Under the pieces are notes generated by a model, which had not been told where the DNA came from, did not search any database, and saw only the letters and a list, made by a program, of their open reading frames with translations. A stretch of DNA of 64,000 bases from an uncultured Bacteroidales bacterium (GTDB taxonomy: Bacteria > Bacteroidota > Bacteroidia > Bacteroidales > JAAYJT01). This document shows, in pieces, positions 18,881 through 28,023 of this stretch; the stretch's first letter is position 1; every line of letters starts with the position of its first letter. A program made the translations under genes and the position numbers. The DNA lies in the NCBI GenBank assembly GCA_964349765.1, contig CAYGGZ010000002.1:99151-163150 (forward strand), read 5' to 3'.

Positions 18881-19651
18881 ATGGTTCCACTGTCGGTGGT
18901 CATCATCTCAGGTAATGAAGAACGCAACATTGCACGCTGTCTCGATTCTGTTATAGCCATTGCTGATGAGATCGTGGTGATAGACTCATTTTCAACCGAT
19001 CGAACACAAGAGATATGCCGATCCTATGGAGTGCGTATCGTCCAAAATCCCTGGCCAGGGTATATTGAGCAGAAAAATCTTGCACTCAGCCATGCCAGAA
19101 ACCAATGGGTGCTATCACTTGATGCCGATGAAGCTCTTAGCCACGAGTTGAAGCAATCAATATCATCGGTTATTGAAAATCCTGAGGCTGACGGCTATTC
19201 TATGAATCGTCTTACAAACTACTGCGGTAAATGGATTAAGCATGGTGGGTGGTATCCTGACCGAAAAGTACGCTTATTTAAACGCCATAATGTACGCTGG
19301 GGAGGCACAAATCCTCACGATCGAATCATCCTGGCACAAGGAGCAAAAGTGGTTCATCTTAAAGGCGACATATTGCATTATTCCTTCTACTCCCTGTCGG
19401 ATCATATACGCCAGATTAATCATTTTTCGGAAGTGGCTGCACAAGCATTGTATGAAAAAGGAGTACGAAGCAATCAGCTGAAGCTGATAATCAAACCCTA
19501 TGTCAGGTTCATAAAAAGTTATCTCCTGCAAAGAGGATTCCTCGATGGATATTACGGCTACCTCATAGCGCGTAATTCGGCTTTTGCTTCTTTTGCCCGC
19601 TACGCCAAGCTAAGAGAGTTGCAACGCCTTAATAGCGGAGGCAATAGATGA
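18881..19651 (+). CDS. Glycosyltransferase family 2
   Basis: LSVVIISGNEERNIARCLDS...IVVIDSFSTDRT...LSLDADE (DxD) gives a GT-A fold N-terminus. Confidence 0.85.
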   Translation: MVPLSVVIISGNEERNIARCLDSVIAIADEIVVIDSFSTDRTQEICRSYGVRIVQNPWPGYIEQKNLALSHARNQWVLSLDADEALSHELKQSISSVIENPEADGYSMNRLTNYCGKWIKHGGWYPDRKVRLFKRHNVRWGGTNPHDRIILAQGAKVVHLKGDILHYSFYSLSDHIRQINHFSEVAAQALYEKGVRSNQLKLIIKPYVRFIKSYLLQRGFLDGYYGYLIARNSAFASFARYAKLRELQRLNSGGNR

Positions 19652-20784
19652 AAGTTATCCATGTTTCAACTGCAAAAAGCTGGCGTGGCGGCGAACAACA
19701 ACTTGCATACCTGCTCGGAGCATTTCTTTCGGATACTGAAATTCAGTCGCATGTTTTGTGTCGCCGCAAGGGAGCTATAGCAAAATATTGCGAACAGAAA
19801 GGAATTGCTTATTCTACATTTGATGGTAGAGGCTCCTTTAATCTTTCGGCCGCCTTGAAACTCCTCCGTATTTGTAACAAATCAGGCAAATGCCTTATTC
19901 ACACCCACGACAGCCATGCCCATTCAATAGCCTTTATCGCAGCAACCCTCTTTGGGAACCTATCGCCAGTGATTGTTCATCGGCGTGTTGATTTTCGTGC
20001 AGGAGCCGGGTTCATTTCGAGAAAAAAATACAACCATAGATGCATTGCCCGATATATATGTGTTTCAAATGCGATTCGAGATATTCTTTTACCTTCCCTT
20101 TCGCACCCCGAAAAAGCTATTGTGATTCCCAGCGGTATTGATCCGGAGCGGTTCGCACAAACTAAAAATTCATCAGAGCTAAGATCTAAGTTTGGCATTT
20201 CGCCGTGTGCTCCATTGATTGGAAATATTGCAGCGCTTGCACCCCATAAGGATCATTTCACTTTTCTTCGAACTGCCTCCATCCTACACCAAAGGAATCC
20301 GGAAATGCGTTTTGTTATTGTTGGGCACGGGGCAATGCGCAAACAATTATTAAAGGCAATCGAAGAAATGATGCTTCAGAACATTTTGTTTCTTGCTGGG
20401 TTCAAGGAAAATATCCCTGCTATAATTAAAGAATTTGATCTATTTTTGATGACTTCAAAAACCGAAGGGCTTGGAACTACTCTTCTCGACGCCTTTGCAG
20501 CAGGAATACCAGTAGTATCAACCAATGCCGGTGGCATAGGCGAGATTGTAGAACATGGCCATACTGGTTTGCTCGCTCCCGTAGGGAATGCAGAATCCCT
20601 TGCCCGGCTGGTTGAAGAGGTAATGAATAATCCCGACTTGAAAGATAGAATCATACATCAGGCAAAGCTTCGTGCCGACGAGAATCACTTCCGGATTACA
20701 GCCGGGAAAATAAAAAATGAATACCTCCTAGTGGCCAAACAAGCGTTTTGTACAGACCAAACAGCGGCATATGGCAAAGAGTAA
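19648..20784 (+). CDS. Glycosyltransferase family 4 (GT-B, group 1)
   Basis: MKVIHVSTAKSWRGGEQQ... together with the C-terminal ...SKTEGLGTTLLDAFAAGIPVVSTNAGGIGEIVEHGHTGLL (EX7E region). It overlaps the upstream GT2 by 4 nt. Confidence 0.85.
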   Translation: MKVIHVSTAKSWRGGEQQLAYLLGAFLSDTEIQSHVLCRRKGAIAKYCEQKGIAYSTFDGRGSFNLSAALKLLRICNKSGKCLIHTHDSHAHSIAFIAATLFGNLSPVIVHRRVDFRAGAGFISRKKYNHRCIARYICVSNAIRDILLPSLSHPEKAIVIPSGIDPERFAQTKNSSELRSKFGISPCAPLIGNIAALAPHKDHFTFLRTASILHQRNPEMRFVIVGHGAMRKQLLKAIEEMMLQNILFLAGFKENIPAIIKEFDLFLMTSKTEGLGTTLLDAFAAGIPVVSTNAGGIGEIVEHGHTGLLAPVGNAESLARLVEEVMNNPDLKDRIIHQAKLRADENHFRITAGKIKNEYLLVAKQAFCTDQTAAYGKE

Positions 20785-21763
20785 ATTGGATAGTGAGTGG
20801 TTCGTAATTGTGAATCCAAACGCAGGTGCTCGAAAAGGCGAAAGGGATTGGCCAAATATTGCCAAAATGCTTGACAAGGCCGGTGTACCATTCAACCATA
20901 TCCTTACTCAGCACCGCCTTCACGCTCTCAGATTAACACGCAAATTCATCGAAATGGGTTACCGGAACCTCATTGTTGTTGGCGGCGACGGTACCCTGAA
21001 TGAAGTTGTTAACGGAATTTTCACTCAAAACAAATACCCTCCCGAAACTGTTACAATTGGAGTTATTCCCGTAGGAACCGGTAATGACTGGTGCAAAATG
21101 TTTGGAATACCCCACGATTATGAATCGGCAATCAGGTTGATTATCGAAGGGAAAACTTACTTGCAGGATGTTGGCTGGGTGAAATTTTCCCAGGCTGGGA
21201 TCGAAAAAAACCGTTACTTCGCTAACATGACCGGAATGGGCTACGATGCACTAGTAGCCGAAAAAACAAATAAACAGAAAGACCGCGGAAAAGGCGGTCC
21301 TTTGTCATACTTCTACAATATTTTTATCAGCCTTTTCTCCTTCAAAGAGTCGCAGACCGAAATCATTGTTGATGATGTCGAATCGCTCAAAGCGCCTGTT
21401 TTTACAATGAATGTAGGCATTTGCAAATATAATGGCGGCGGTATGATGCAACTCCCCTTCGCTGTAGCCGACGACGGCAAGCTTGATATGACCGTGATCA
21501 CAAAACTAAGCCGTTTTACAGTAGTAAGAAGCATTAGAAAACTTTTCGATGGAACTTTTATCAGGCTCCCGCAGGTTCACACGTTTCAAGGAAAAATTTT
21601 TGAAGTGAAAGCCGATCCGCCGCTTTTTATCGAGGTTGACGGGGAATCGCTCGGGCACTCACCTTTCAGGTTCGGCCTTGTACCCAAAAGCTTGCGAATT
21701 GTGGTTGGAAAAGATATGGAGGCTGCTTCTGTTAACGTGAAGACTGTTCCTCGATCAGCGTGA
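20771..21763 (+). CDS. Diacylglycerol kinase family lipid kinase (YegS-like)
   Basis: WFVIVNPNAGARKG...LIVVGGDGTLNEVVNG...IPVGTGNDW are DAGK catalytic-domain motifs. Confidence 0.85.
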   Translation: MAKSKLDSEWFVIVNPNAGARKGERDWPNIAKMLDKAGVPFNHILTQHRLHALRLTRKFIEMGYRNLIVVGGDGTLNEVVNGIFTQNKYPPETVTIGVIPVGTGNDWCKMFGIPHDYESAIRLIIEGKTYLQDVGWVKFSQAGIEKNRYFANMTGMGYDALVAEKTNKQKDRGKGGPLSYFYNIFISLFSFKESQTEIIVDDVESLKAPVFTMNVGICKYNGGGMMQLPFAVADDGKLDMTVITKLSRFTVVRSIRKLFDGTFIRLPQVHTFQGKIFEVKADPPLFIEVDGESLGHSPFRFGLVPKSLRIVVGKDMEAASVNVKTVPRSA

Positions 21764-23489
21764 TGAGCGCATTGATTGCCTCATTCTCAGGAATATTGCT
21801 CCTAACCAGCCTTTTACCTGCATACAAACTTACCTTCCCTCTGCCCTGCCCGATATAACCATAATCTGCATCAGCCATTTCGCCCGGACCATTAACAATA
21901 CACCCCATAACTGCAATCTTTATCCCCTTGAGGTGTGCAGTAGCACTTTTTACTCTTTCGAGCGTTCCTTCGAGATCATAGCGGGTACGACCGCAGCCCG
22001 GACAGGCAATGTATTCGTTTTGCGTAGTCCGCAAACGGCAAGCCTGTAATATAGCAAAGGCAACCCGCGTGATAGTGTCTTGATTTAACTCAGGATTAAT
22101 TAGATACAGTCCATCGCCTTGTCCGTTGTTGAGTAGTGGAGCAGTGCCAAGCGCAGAAACGATTGCAAAGTCAGCAGCATCAGTATATGTATTGCTGTGC
22201 GATACGATTACAGGCAAACGACAGCTTAAACTATCAAGTTCCGAAATCAGTTTTCTGGCAGCGCTAACTTCTGAAGCCGTATCTGCCCTCATAATCAGCA
22301 CTTCACTGCTCCGGCCTTGATGAACATGGTTAAAAACCAGATTTTTTTTGTCGCTCAGTGTGTCCACCATCAAGTAGTTGATTCCTTCGGTAGAGCTGTT
22401 TCTTTTATAGAATTTTTCAGTGTCAGTCAACATTCCATGATTGCCTTCGTTGTTTCCGTTTTCATCCACGCTCCATAACTCCATGTTCCCGCGTAGGACT
22501 ACAGGAACATTGTTGTTTCCAATTGTACCAGTAATACGGGAGAGCCGTCGTTCGGGCATCACAACCGGATTACCCTTTTCATCAGCCGGCCAACAAATTT
22601 CCGTTTTGAGTGGTTTTGGGTAGAACCTTGTAATAGTTTTTGCGACATGAATCTCATTTTCAGGTGGTTCGGTAAGTGATACTCTTATTGTGTCGCCAAT
22701 TCCTTCGGATAGCAATGTTCCAATTCCAGCAGCCGATTTGATACGCCCTTCGATTCCGTTGCCCGCCTCGGTAACGCCCAGATGAAGCGGATACATCAAA
22801 CTCTCCTGCACCATTTTATTAACCAGCAACCTTGTTGAGGCTATCTTCACCCTAACATTACTCGATTTCATTGAAAGTATTAGCTGATGAAACCCAAACG
22901 CAGCACAAATCCTTACAAACTCCATGGCTGATTCGGCCATACCTTCAATAGTATCGCCATAGCGATGCATGATCCGTCCCGACAGTGAACCATGGTTGGT
23001 TCCGATACGGATAGCTGTTCCATGCTCTTGGCAAACTTTTAGTAAAGGATAAAGACGTTCGGCAACCCTCTCAAGTTCCTCAGAATATTGTTTGTTCGTG
23101 AACGACCTTACAGAGGTTTCTCTTTTATCGGCATAATTTCCGGGGTTAATGCGAACCTGTTCTACTATCCGTGCGGCTTCAATGGCAGCGTCGGGGTTAA
23201 AGTGAATATCGGCGCTGAGTGGTAAGGAGTAACCGGCGTTATGCAACTCCTTCCTGATGGCTTGTAGTTGCTTAGCCTCACGAACACCTTGTGCCGTGAT
23301 GCGAACCAACTCGCAACCGGCATTTGCCAGCCTGATACATTGCGAAACAGTGGAAACCGTGTTCATAGTATCGGTGTTGGTCATGCTTTCGATCCTAATA
23401 GGAAAGCCGTTCCCGAGCAATAACTCTCCAACCCGTACCACACGGGGTTTCCACAAAAACGAAATATTAGCTGAGGATTGCGGGTGCAT
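21732..23489 (-). CDS. ispG: 4-hydroxy-3-methylbut-2-en-1-yl diphosphate synthase (long form with insert domain)
   Basis: The 585-aa product has ...FPIRIESMTNTDT..., ...GVTEAGNG... and C-terminal ...YIACPGCGRT...GCIVNGPGE. A large central insert is as in Bacteroidota/plant-type IspG. Confidence 0.93.
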   Translation of the reverse strand: MHPQSSANISFLWKPRVVRVGELLLGNGFPIRIESMTNTDTMNTVSTVSQCIRLANAGCELVRITAQGVREAKQLQAIRKELHNAGYSLPLSADIHFNPDAAIEAARIVEQVRINPGNYADKRETSVRSFTNKQYSEELERVAERLYPLLKVCQEHGTAIRIGTNHGSLSGRIMHRYGDTIEGMAESAMEFVRICAAFGFHQLILSMKSSNVRVKIASTRLLVNKMVQESLMYPLHLGVTEAGNGIEGRIKSAAGIGTLLSEGIGDTIRVSLTEPPENEIHVAKTITRFYPKPLKTEICWPADEKGNPVVMPERRLSRITGTIGNNNVPVVLRGNMELWSVDENGNNEGNHGMLTDTEKFYKRNSSTEGINYLMVDTLSDKKNLVFNHVHQGRSSEVLIMRADTASEVSAARKLISELDSLSCRLPVIVSHSNTYTDAADFAIVSALGTAPLLNNGQGDGLYLINPELNQDTITRVAFAILQACRLRTTQNEYIACPGCGRTRYDLEGTLERVKSATAHLKGIKIAVMGCIVNGPGEMADADYGYIGQGRGKVSLYAGKRLVRSNIPENEAINALITLIEEQSSR

Positions 23490-23542
23490 AGCGTTGTATT
23501 ATCTCAATCCTGCAAAAATAATGATCTTTGAGATCATAAAAT

Positions 23543-23665
23543 TTTATCCCGAATTAATCAATAGAAAGTCCGTTAGGGCTGAACTATTGATTCCATGAGG
23601 GTAATCCCGATTTAGTGTTTGTTTAGTGCAATTTTTATTGTGCTAATTACAAACACTTAATCGGG
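23543..23665 (+). repeat. Intergenic structured repeat, copy A (123 bp, identical to copy B); left boundary of the island
   Basis: I compared it base by base with 25728-25850 and found 123/123 identical. It contains a 5' hairpin (aatcaatag 23556-23564 / ctattgatt 23584-23592). It also has a long 3' hairpin (cccgatttagtgtttgt 23606-23622 / acaaacacttaatcggg 23649-23665) with a nested hairpin in its loop. Confidence 0.9.
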
Positions 23666-23994
23666 ATTAAAAGGCAGTTTACTAATTCATAGCCCAAAAT
23701 CTGGTTCTCATTTCTGCCTTCCGGTACTATGCTCACACGCCACAGACACGAATTTGAACGGCTTGCCGGCTACCTGTTCCGGAAACTCAGAAAAGCTTTC
23801 GGTAACCATCAGGATGGCCGTAATAATGTTACGGAACAAGGGTTTTTCCGCTTCATTGCGCCTCCATTTCAAGAGTGTGTGTTAGCAGAATTCCAGTAAG
23901 ATTCGGCAAAATGTTGAAAAAACTTCAAAAATTCCACTTAATTGTTCAACATTGGAAATTATATTTATATATTTGGTTCAGATTTCAACCGCCT

Positions 23995-24465
23995 ATGTTT
24001 AGCGTTCAAAAAATATGGCACTGCGAGGCTTACCTTACCGGTATCTTTTTGGGTTTTGATGAAGGTTTGAAGCAAATCGTAAAGAAAACCAGTGCCCTAT
24101 GGAGCCGCACTCACTGGAGTTGGTATTTGGACTATAATGCAGAAAGTTGCAGTAAAATCAAAGAAGTATTTCCTGATCATCGGGTTGTTAAAAATTCGAA
24201 AGACAAGACTCCAGTGCCTGCTGTGATGCAAAACCTGCTTGAAGCATGGGACGGCCTCAGATTCATACAAGCTTTACCCGGACACAGCAGTATCAAGACC
24301 ACTACCATCTATGCCCATCTCACAAAAAAAAAGTTTACAGAAAGGATAATCAGCTCGTTAGGTCGGCTAATGGAAGAACTGAACACTTCAAAAAACACTG
24401 AAAAGTGTCTGGTTCGTAAAGATATTTACTATATACCACTAATGCTGTCGGACAGCGCAATTTGA
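23995..24465 (+). pseudogene. Tyrosine recombinase/integrase remnant with internal deletion
   Basis: The N-terminal segment ...FLGFDEGLKQIVKKTSALWSRTHWSWYLDYNAESCSKIKEVF resembles the N-terminal domain of Bacteroidota integrases. It joins directly to the extreme C-terminal motif ...LRFIQALPGHSSIKTTTIYAHLTKKKF (the LGHssikTTeiYtH Tyr motif). The roughly 250-aa catalytic core between them is missing. Confidence 0.6.
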
Positions 24466-24513
24466 TACAGACGAACATTTAATGAATTAATCGAAACTAA
24501 AAAAATAAAGACG

Positions 24514-25623
24514 ATGGACTTTAAAGACTACATTAAGCAAATTGGTGAAAGAGTTGTAAAACTAAAGGACCAAATCCAGACAGAGGAAGCAACAAAGAAT
24601 GCGTTTATCATGCCGTTTTTACAAGCTTTGGGTTACGACGTTTTCAATCCACTCGAAGTTGTTCCCGAATACACAACTGACATTGGTACAAAAAAAGGAG
24701 AGAAAATCGACTATGCAATTTTTAAAGACGGTATCCCTACAATACTGGTCGAGTGCAAACATTGGGCTCAAAACCTAAATTTGCACGACGGACAGCTTTT
24801 ACGCTACTTCCATGTTTCTAAAGCAAAATTTGGACTTTTGACAAATGGCATAAATTACCGCTTTTACTCCGACTTGGTTGAACGAAACAAAATGGATGAA
24901 AAACCTTTCTTGGAGTTTAACATCTACGAGATAAAAGACAACCAAATTGAAGAACTCAAAAAGTTTCACAAAACAATATTTGATGCCGAAAGCATCGTAA
25001 ATACAGCAAGCGAATTAAAATACATAAATGAACTTAAACAGCTTTTCCAACAGGAATTGACAAATCCTTCGCCAGAGTTTGCAAAACATTTTGCACGTCA
25101 GGTTTATCCAACTTCAGTAACAGCAAAAGTATTAGAGCAATTTACGACGTTGACAAAGAGGTCAATGCAACAATATATCAGCGATTTAATCACTGAACGC
25201 CTAAAAACGGCATTGACAAAGGAAGACGAAGCAACCAAGGAGCAAGAAGTTAATCGAGCAGAGCAAGCAAAAGTTGAAGAGAGCAAAATTGTTACGACCC
25301 AAGACGAAATGGAAGGTTTTATGATTGTTAAAGCAATTCTGCGCCAAAAGATAAGCGTAACCAGAATTGCATTCAGGGACTCACAATCATATTTTTCAAT
25401 TCTGCTTGACGACAACAAACGCAAGACAATCTGCAGGCTTTATCTATACGGCAGCAAAAAATATTTGGCGACTCTTGACGATCAAAAGAAGGAAATCAAA
25501 AACGAGATTTCAAATCTGGACGACATTTTCAAATTCTCTGCAACACTTTTAAAAGTTGTTGAGAACTACGACCGTTCTATACTAGAGCCTAACGGACAAA
25601 AGAGCACTACTGTCAAGAAATAG
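24514..25623 (+). CDS. HsdR_N-type (type I restriction enzyme R N-terminal, PD-(D/E)xK) nuclease-domain protein
   Basis: The N-terminus is ...EEATKNAFIMPFLQALGYDVFNPLEVVPEY...GEKIDYAIFKDGIPTILVECKHW...QLLRYF...KFGLLTNGINYRFY, the D...(E)xK core typical of HsdR_N domain proteins. A charged coiled linker and a C-terminal domain I cannot assign follow. The gene looks AT-rich by eye. Confidence 0.7.
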   Translation: MDFKDYIKQIGERVVKLKDQIQTEEATKNAFIMPFLQALGYDVFNPLEVVPEYTTDIGTKKGEKIDYAIFKDGIPTILVECKHWAQNLNLHDGQLLRYFHVSKAKFGLLTNGINYRFYSDLVERNKMDEKPFLEFNIYEIKDNQIEELKKFHKTIFDAESIVNTASELKYINELKQLFQQELTNPSPEFAKHFARQVYPTSVTAKVLEQFTTLTKRSMQQYISDLITERLKTALTKEDEATKEQEVNRAEQAKVEESKIVTTQDEMEGFMIVKAILRQKISVTRIAFRDSQSYFSILLDDNKRKTICRLYLYGSKKYLATLDDQKKEIKNEISNLDDIFKFSATLLKVVENYDRSILEPNGQKSTTVKK

Positions 25624-25702
25624 GACTCTAAGCGGTCAGAGCAACCATGCGATAAATAGGTGTTGAACTACACCCACCAGGTTACTGGCTATTTGCTATC
25701 GG

Positions 25703-25727
25703 GCTGATTACAAACACTTATTCGGGG
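25703..25727 (+). repeat. Partial repeat unit (3' end only) abutting copy B head-to-tail
   Basis: ctgattacaaacacttattcgggg matches the last ~24 nt of the unit (ctaattacaaacacttaatcgggg) with 2 mismatches. It is followed directly by the start of copy B. Confidence 0.6.
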
Positions 25728-25850
25728 TTTATCCCGAATTAATCAATAGAAAGTCCGTTAGGGCTGAACTATTGATTCCATGAGGGTAATCCCGATTTAG
25801 TGTTTGTTTAGTGCAATTTTTATTGTGCTAATTACAAACACTTAATCGGG
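25728..25850 (+). repeat. Intergenic structured repeat, copy B (123 bp, identical to copy A); right boundary of the island
   Basis: It is identical to 23543-23665. The following gtttatc (25851-25857) resembles the first bases of another unit. Confidence 0.9.
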
Positions 25851-25899
25851 GTTTATCTAATCTGTAAAAATTTTTCTTGACTTGCACATCAAACTATAT

Positions 25900-25907
25900 T
25901 AATTTTG
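25900..25907 (+). promoter_or_regulatory. Candidate -7 promoter motif TAatTTTG
   Basis: TAnnTTTG match 34 nt upstream of ATG 25941. Confidence 0.4.
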
Positions 25908-25940
25908 CATTAATCTGTATTTCCCTTAAACCTAAAAAAA

Positions 25941-27008
25941 ATGGTCATGAAAAACAAAATCATTTATTTGGTAATCACAATAATAGCAGTTTCTATGCTA
26001 GTGATTGCCTGCAAGAAGGATGAAATTCAGGAATTCACTGCTGAGGAGGCAAAAGTTGAGATTCGCTCAGCGAATCAACAAATCCAGAATGACATGGATG
26101 AAATGATGGCCACCGAAGCAGCCACATCCTTAAATTCTCTGATGAACCTGCTAAACGCCCCCGATGACTGGAAGTCTTCGCTGAAATCTCCTCAATCACC
26201 GCTAAAACAGTTGAATGTTGCTGGAATCAGCAGGTTCCTGCGAAACAACTTCCCGGCGGACTTAACAACCAAAAACTCACAGGAAGGCGGCTTGCTTGTG
26301 TATGATTTTGATTCTGCGTATTTTATTCTTGTTGAACCCAGGGAGGATTTGGTATTCCTTTATCCTGCCGACGATAATGCATACGCCAACAGACAAAACA
26401 ACGCAGAATTGACTATAGCTGATCTTCAAATTATTGAAATCGAATATACTGATGAATATGGCACCTATTATGAGCCGGTTCCTGTAAACGCTGTGGTAAC
26501 GCTAAAGGTTGACAATCAAACAGTAATGACTTTAAATTACACTGCAACATTCAACAACGAAGGTCTGCCACTTACAATGACCATTGACATGAATATGGCT
26601 CCATACCGGTTTACACTTAACTTTTCAGGCAGCGGAGCAACGTACACCTCAGTAATGAGCTTCACCAAAGGAAATGAGAAACTGATGGGCTATGACCTCA
26701 CCATCACATACAGTGCAAATATGGAGCTTATCAATAAAGCAACTGGAACAATTGACTTAGTTCCATTGCGGCTAAAGGGCGATGTTAAACCTGAATTACT
26801 GGAAAACTGCCCCGAAAACGATATAATTTGCATGAATAACAACATTAATCTTCAGCTTATTCACACAGGCGAAAATAAAATTATCGGCGATATTGAGTTC
26901 AGAATCTATTATGATGATGAATGGGACGAAGAATATCCTGAACCAGTAATCGTGTATTCCGACGGAACATGGGAATATTTCTTCAATATTTTCGATGCGC
27001 CAGTGTAA
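25941..27008 (+). CDS. Hypothetical lipoprotein (paralog 1)
   Basis: It has a signal peptide with a lipobox (...VSMLVIAC KKDE). I recognise no family, and it shows weak colinear similarity to the product of 28024-29016. Confidence 0.6.
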   Translation: MVMKNKIIYLVITIIAVSMLVIACKKDEIQEFTAEEAKVEIRSANQQIQNDMDEMMATEAATSLNSLMNLLNAPDDWKSSLKSPQSPLKQLNVAGISRFLRNNFPADLTTKNSQEGGLLVYDFDSAYFILVEPREDLVFLYPADDNAYANRQNNAELTIADLQIIEIEYTDEYGTYYEPVPVNAVVTLKVDNQTVMTLNYTATFNNEGLPLTMTIDMNMAPYRFTLNFSGSGATYTSVMSFTKGNEKLMGYDLTITYSANMELINKATGTIDLVPLRLKGDVKPELLENCPENDIICMNNNINLQLIHTGENKIIGDIEFRIYYDDEWDEEYPEPVIVYSDGTWEYFFNIFDAPV

Positions 27009-27054
27009 TGAATTTGAAACTTGTCAATTGATGTTAACCTGCTCAAGGGCTAAG

Positions 27055-27074
27055 GCTGGCCATAAAGCCAGCCG
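27055..27074 (+). terminator. Possible stem-loop terminator after the lipoprotein gene
   Basis: ggctggc cataaa gccagcc forms a 7-bp GC-rich stem. No clear U-tract follows. Confidence 0.3.
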
Positions 27075-27230
27075 TGGATTTCATAGTAAATAACTGATCT
27101 TAAACTGTTCGTTCGAATTGAGTTTTGGGGTCTAACAATAGCTTTCACTTCTGCCGTCTGTAGTACATTAATTTTCATTGCACTTTAAGTTGCGTGTAAT
27201 CCTGACCCTATTGCTATTAATGTTTTAAGT

Positions 27231-28019
27231 ATGATGCATAAACATGGAAGTGGTTTTTTAGATTTTCCTAAATATCCTCTAACAACTGCTGCATTTTTTC
27301 TGCTGCTGGTTTGCATATCCTGTGTGGATCAAACTGCCACTTTGCCTGAAACAGGTTCGCGCGAGAAAACGCTGCATAACAAAGACGCTACATGGGTATA
27401 TGAAGGAATAAACGAGTTGAGAAAGGGCGACATCATCGTAAAACCCAACTTAAATTTATTACCCGGAAGCGCTCCACTTCCAGACGGTTGGTTTTTTGGC
27501 CATGCCGCAATTGTTACAACCGGAGCTATTCATCATAATCCCGATAGCCTGTTAGCCACAGTAATGATATTTGAATCCCATGCTTTGGATATTCCTGTAT
27601 CCTATCAACTCAGGGAAGTTCCCGGATTTATCATCAGCGAGAATAGGTCTCGTAATAATATTGGTTTTTCATCGGAATATAAAGGGAACCGCTATAGACT
27701 CCGACTTAATATTCCTGAATATCAGATTGATTCGATAATTGCTTTTGTCCGGTCTCAAAAAGGCGATTCCTCTAATTGGAATGCGATGAAGCAATTTCCC
27801 GACACGCCAAACATCAAACAAAGAGTTGCCGACGGAGAAAGAGAGAATTGGGCTGACAACACACACTGGTACTGTTCGTTGCTGGTGTGGCAGGCTGTTT
27901 TGTACGTTACTGGACTGGATTTGGACCCAAACGGCGGATTTTATGTTTACCCAAACGATCTTATTGTTAGCCCACACTTTGACAACAGTAGAGATTTTAG
28001 AGCCCGTGCCCGATTCTGA
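27231..28019 (+). CDS. YiiX/DUF830-like permuted papain-fold (NlpC/P60 superfamily) lipoprotein
   Basis: It has a lipobox (...LLLVCISC VDQ). The motif order is GDIIVK...FGHAAIV...IFESH...THWYCSLLVWQAV...VYPNDLIVSPHF (His before the YCS Cys), as in permuted YiiX-type enzymes. Confidence 0.55.
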   Translation: MMHKHGSGFLDFPKYPLTTAAFFLLLVCISCVDQTATLPETGSREKTLHNKDATWVYEGINELRKGDIIVKPNLNLLPGSAPLPDGWFFGHAAIVTTGAIHHNPDSLLATVMIFESHALDIPVSYQLREVPGFIISENRSRNNIGFSSEYKGNRYRLRLNIPEYQIDSIIAFVRSQKGDSSNWNAMKQFPDTPNIKQRVADGERENWADNTHWYCSLLVWQAVLYVTGLDLDPNGGFYVYPNDLIVSPHFDNSRDFRARARF

Positions 28020-28023
28020 ACCG

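Noticed and set aside
23708-23872. 55-codon minus-strand stop-to-stop frame (…KWRRNEAEKPLFRNIITAILMVTESFSEFPEQVAGKPFKFVSVACEHSTGRQK) just inside the island
   Set aside because: It has no start codon and I recognise no family. It may be a C-terminal gene remnant, but that cannot be shown from this sequence, so I mention it only as context for the island.
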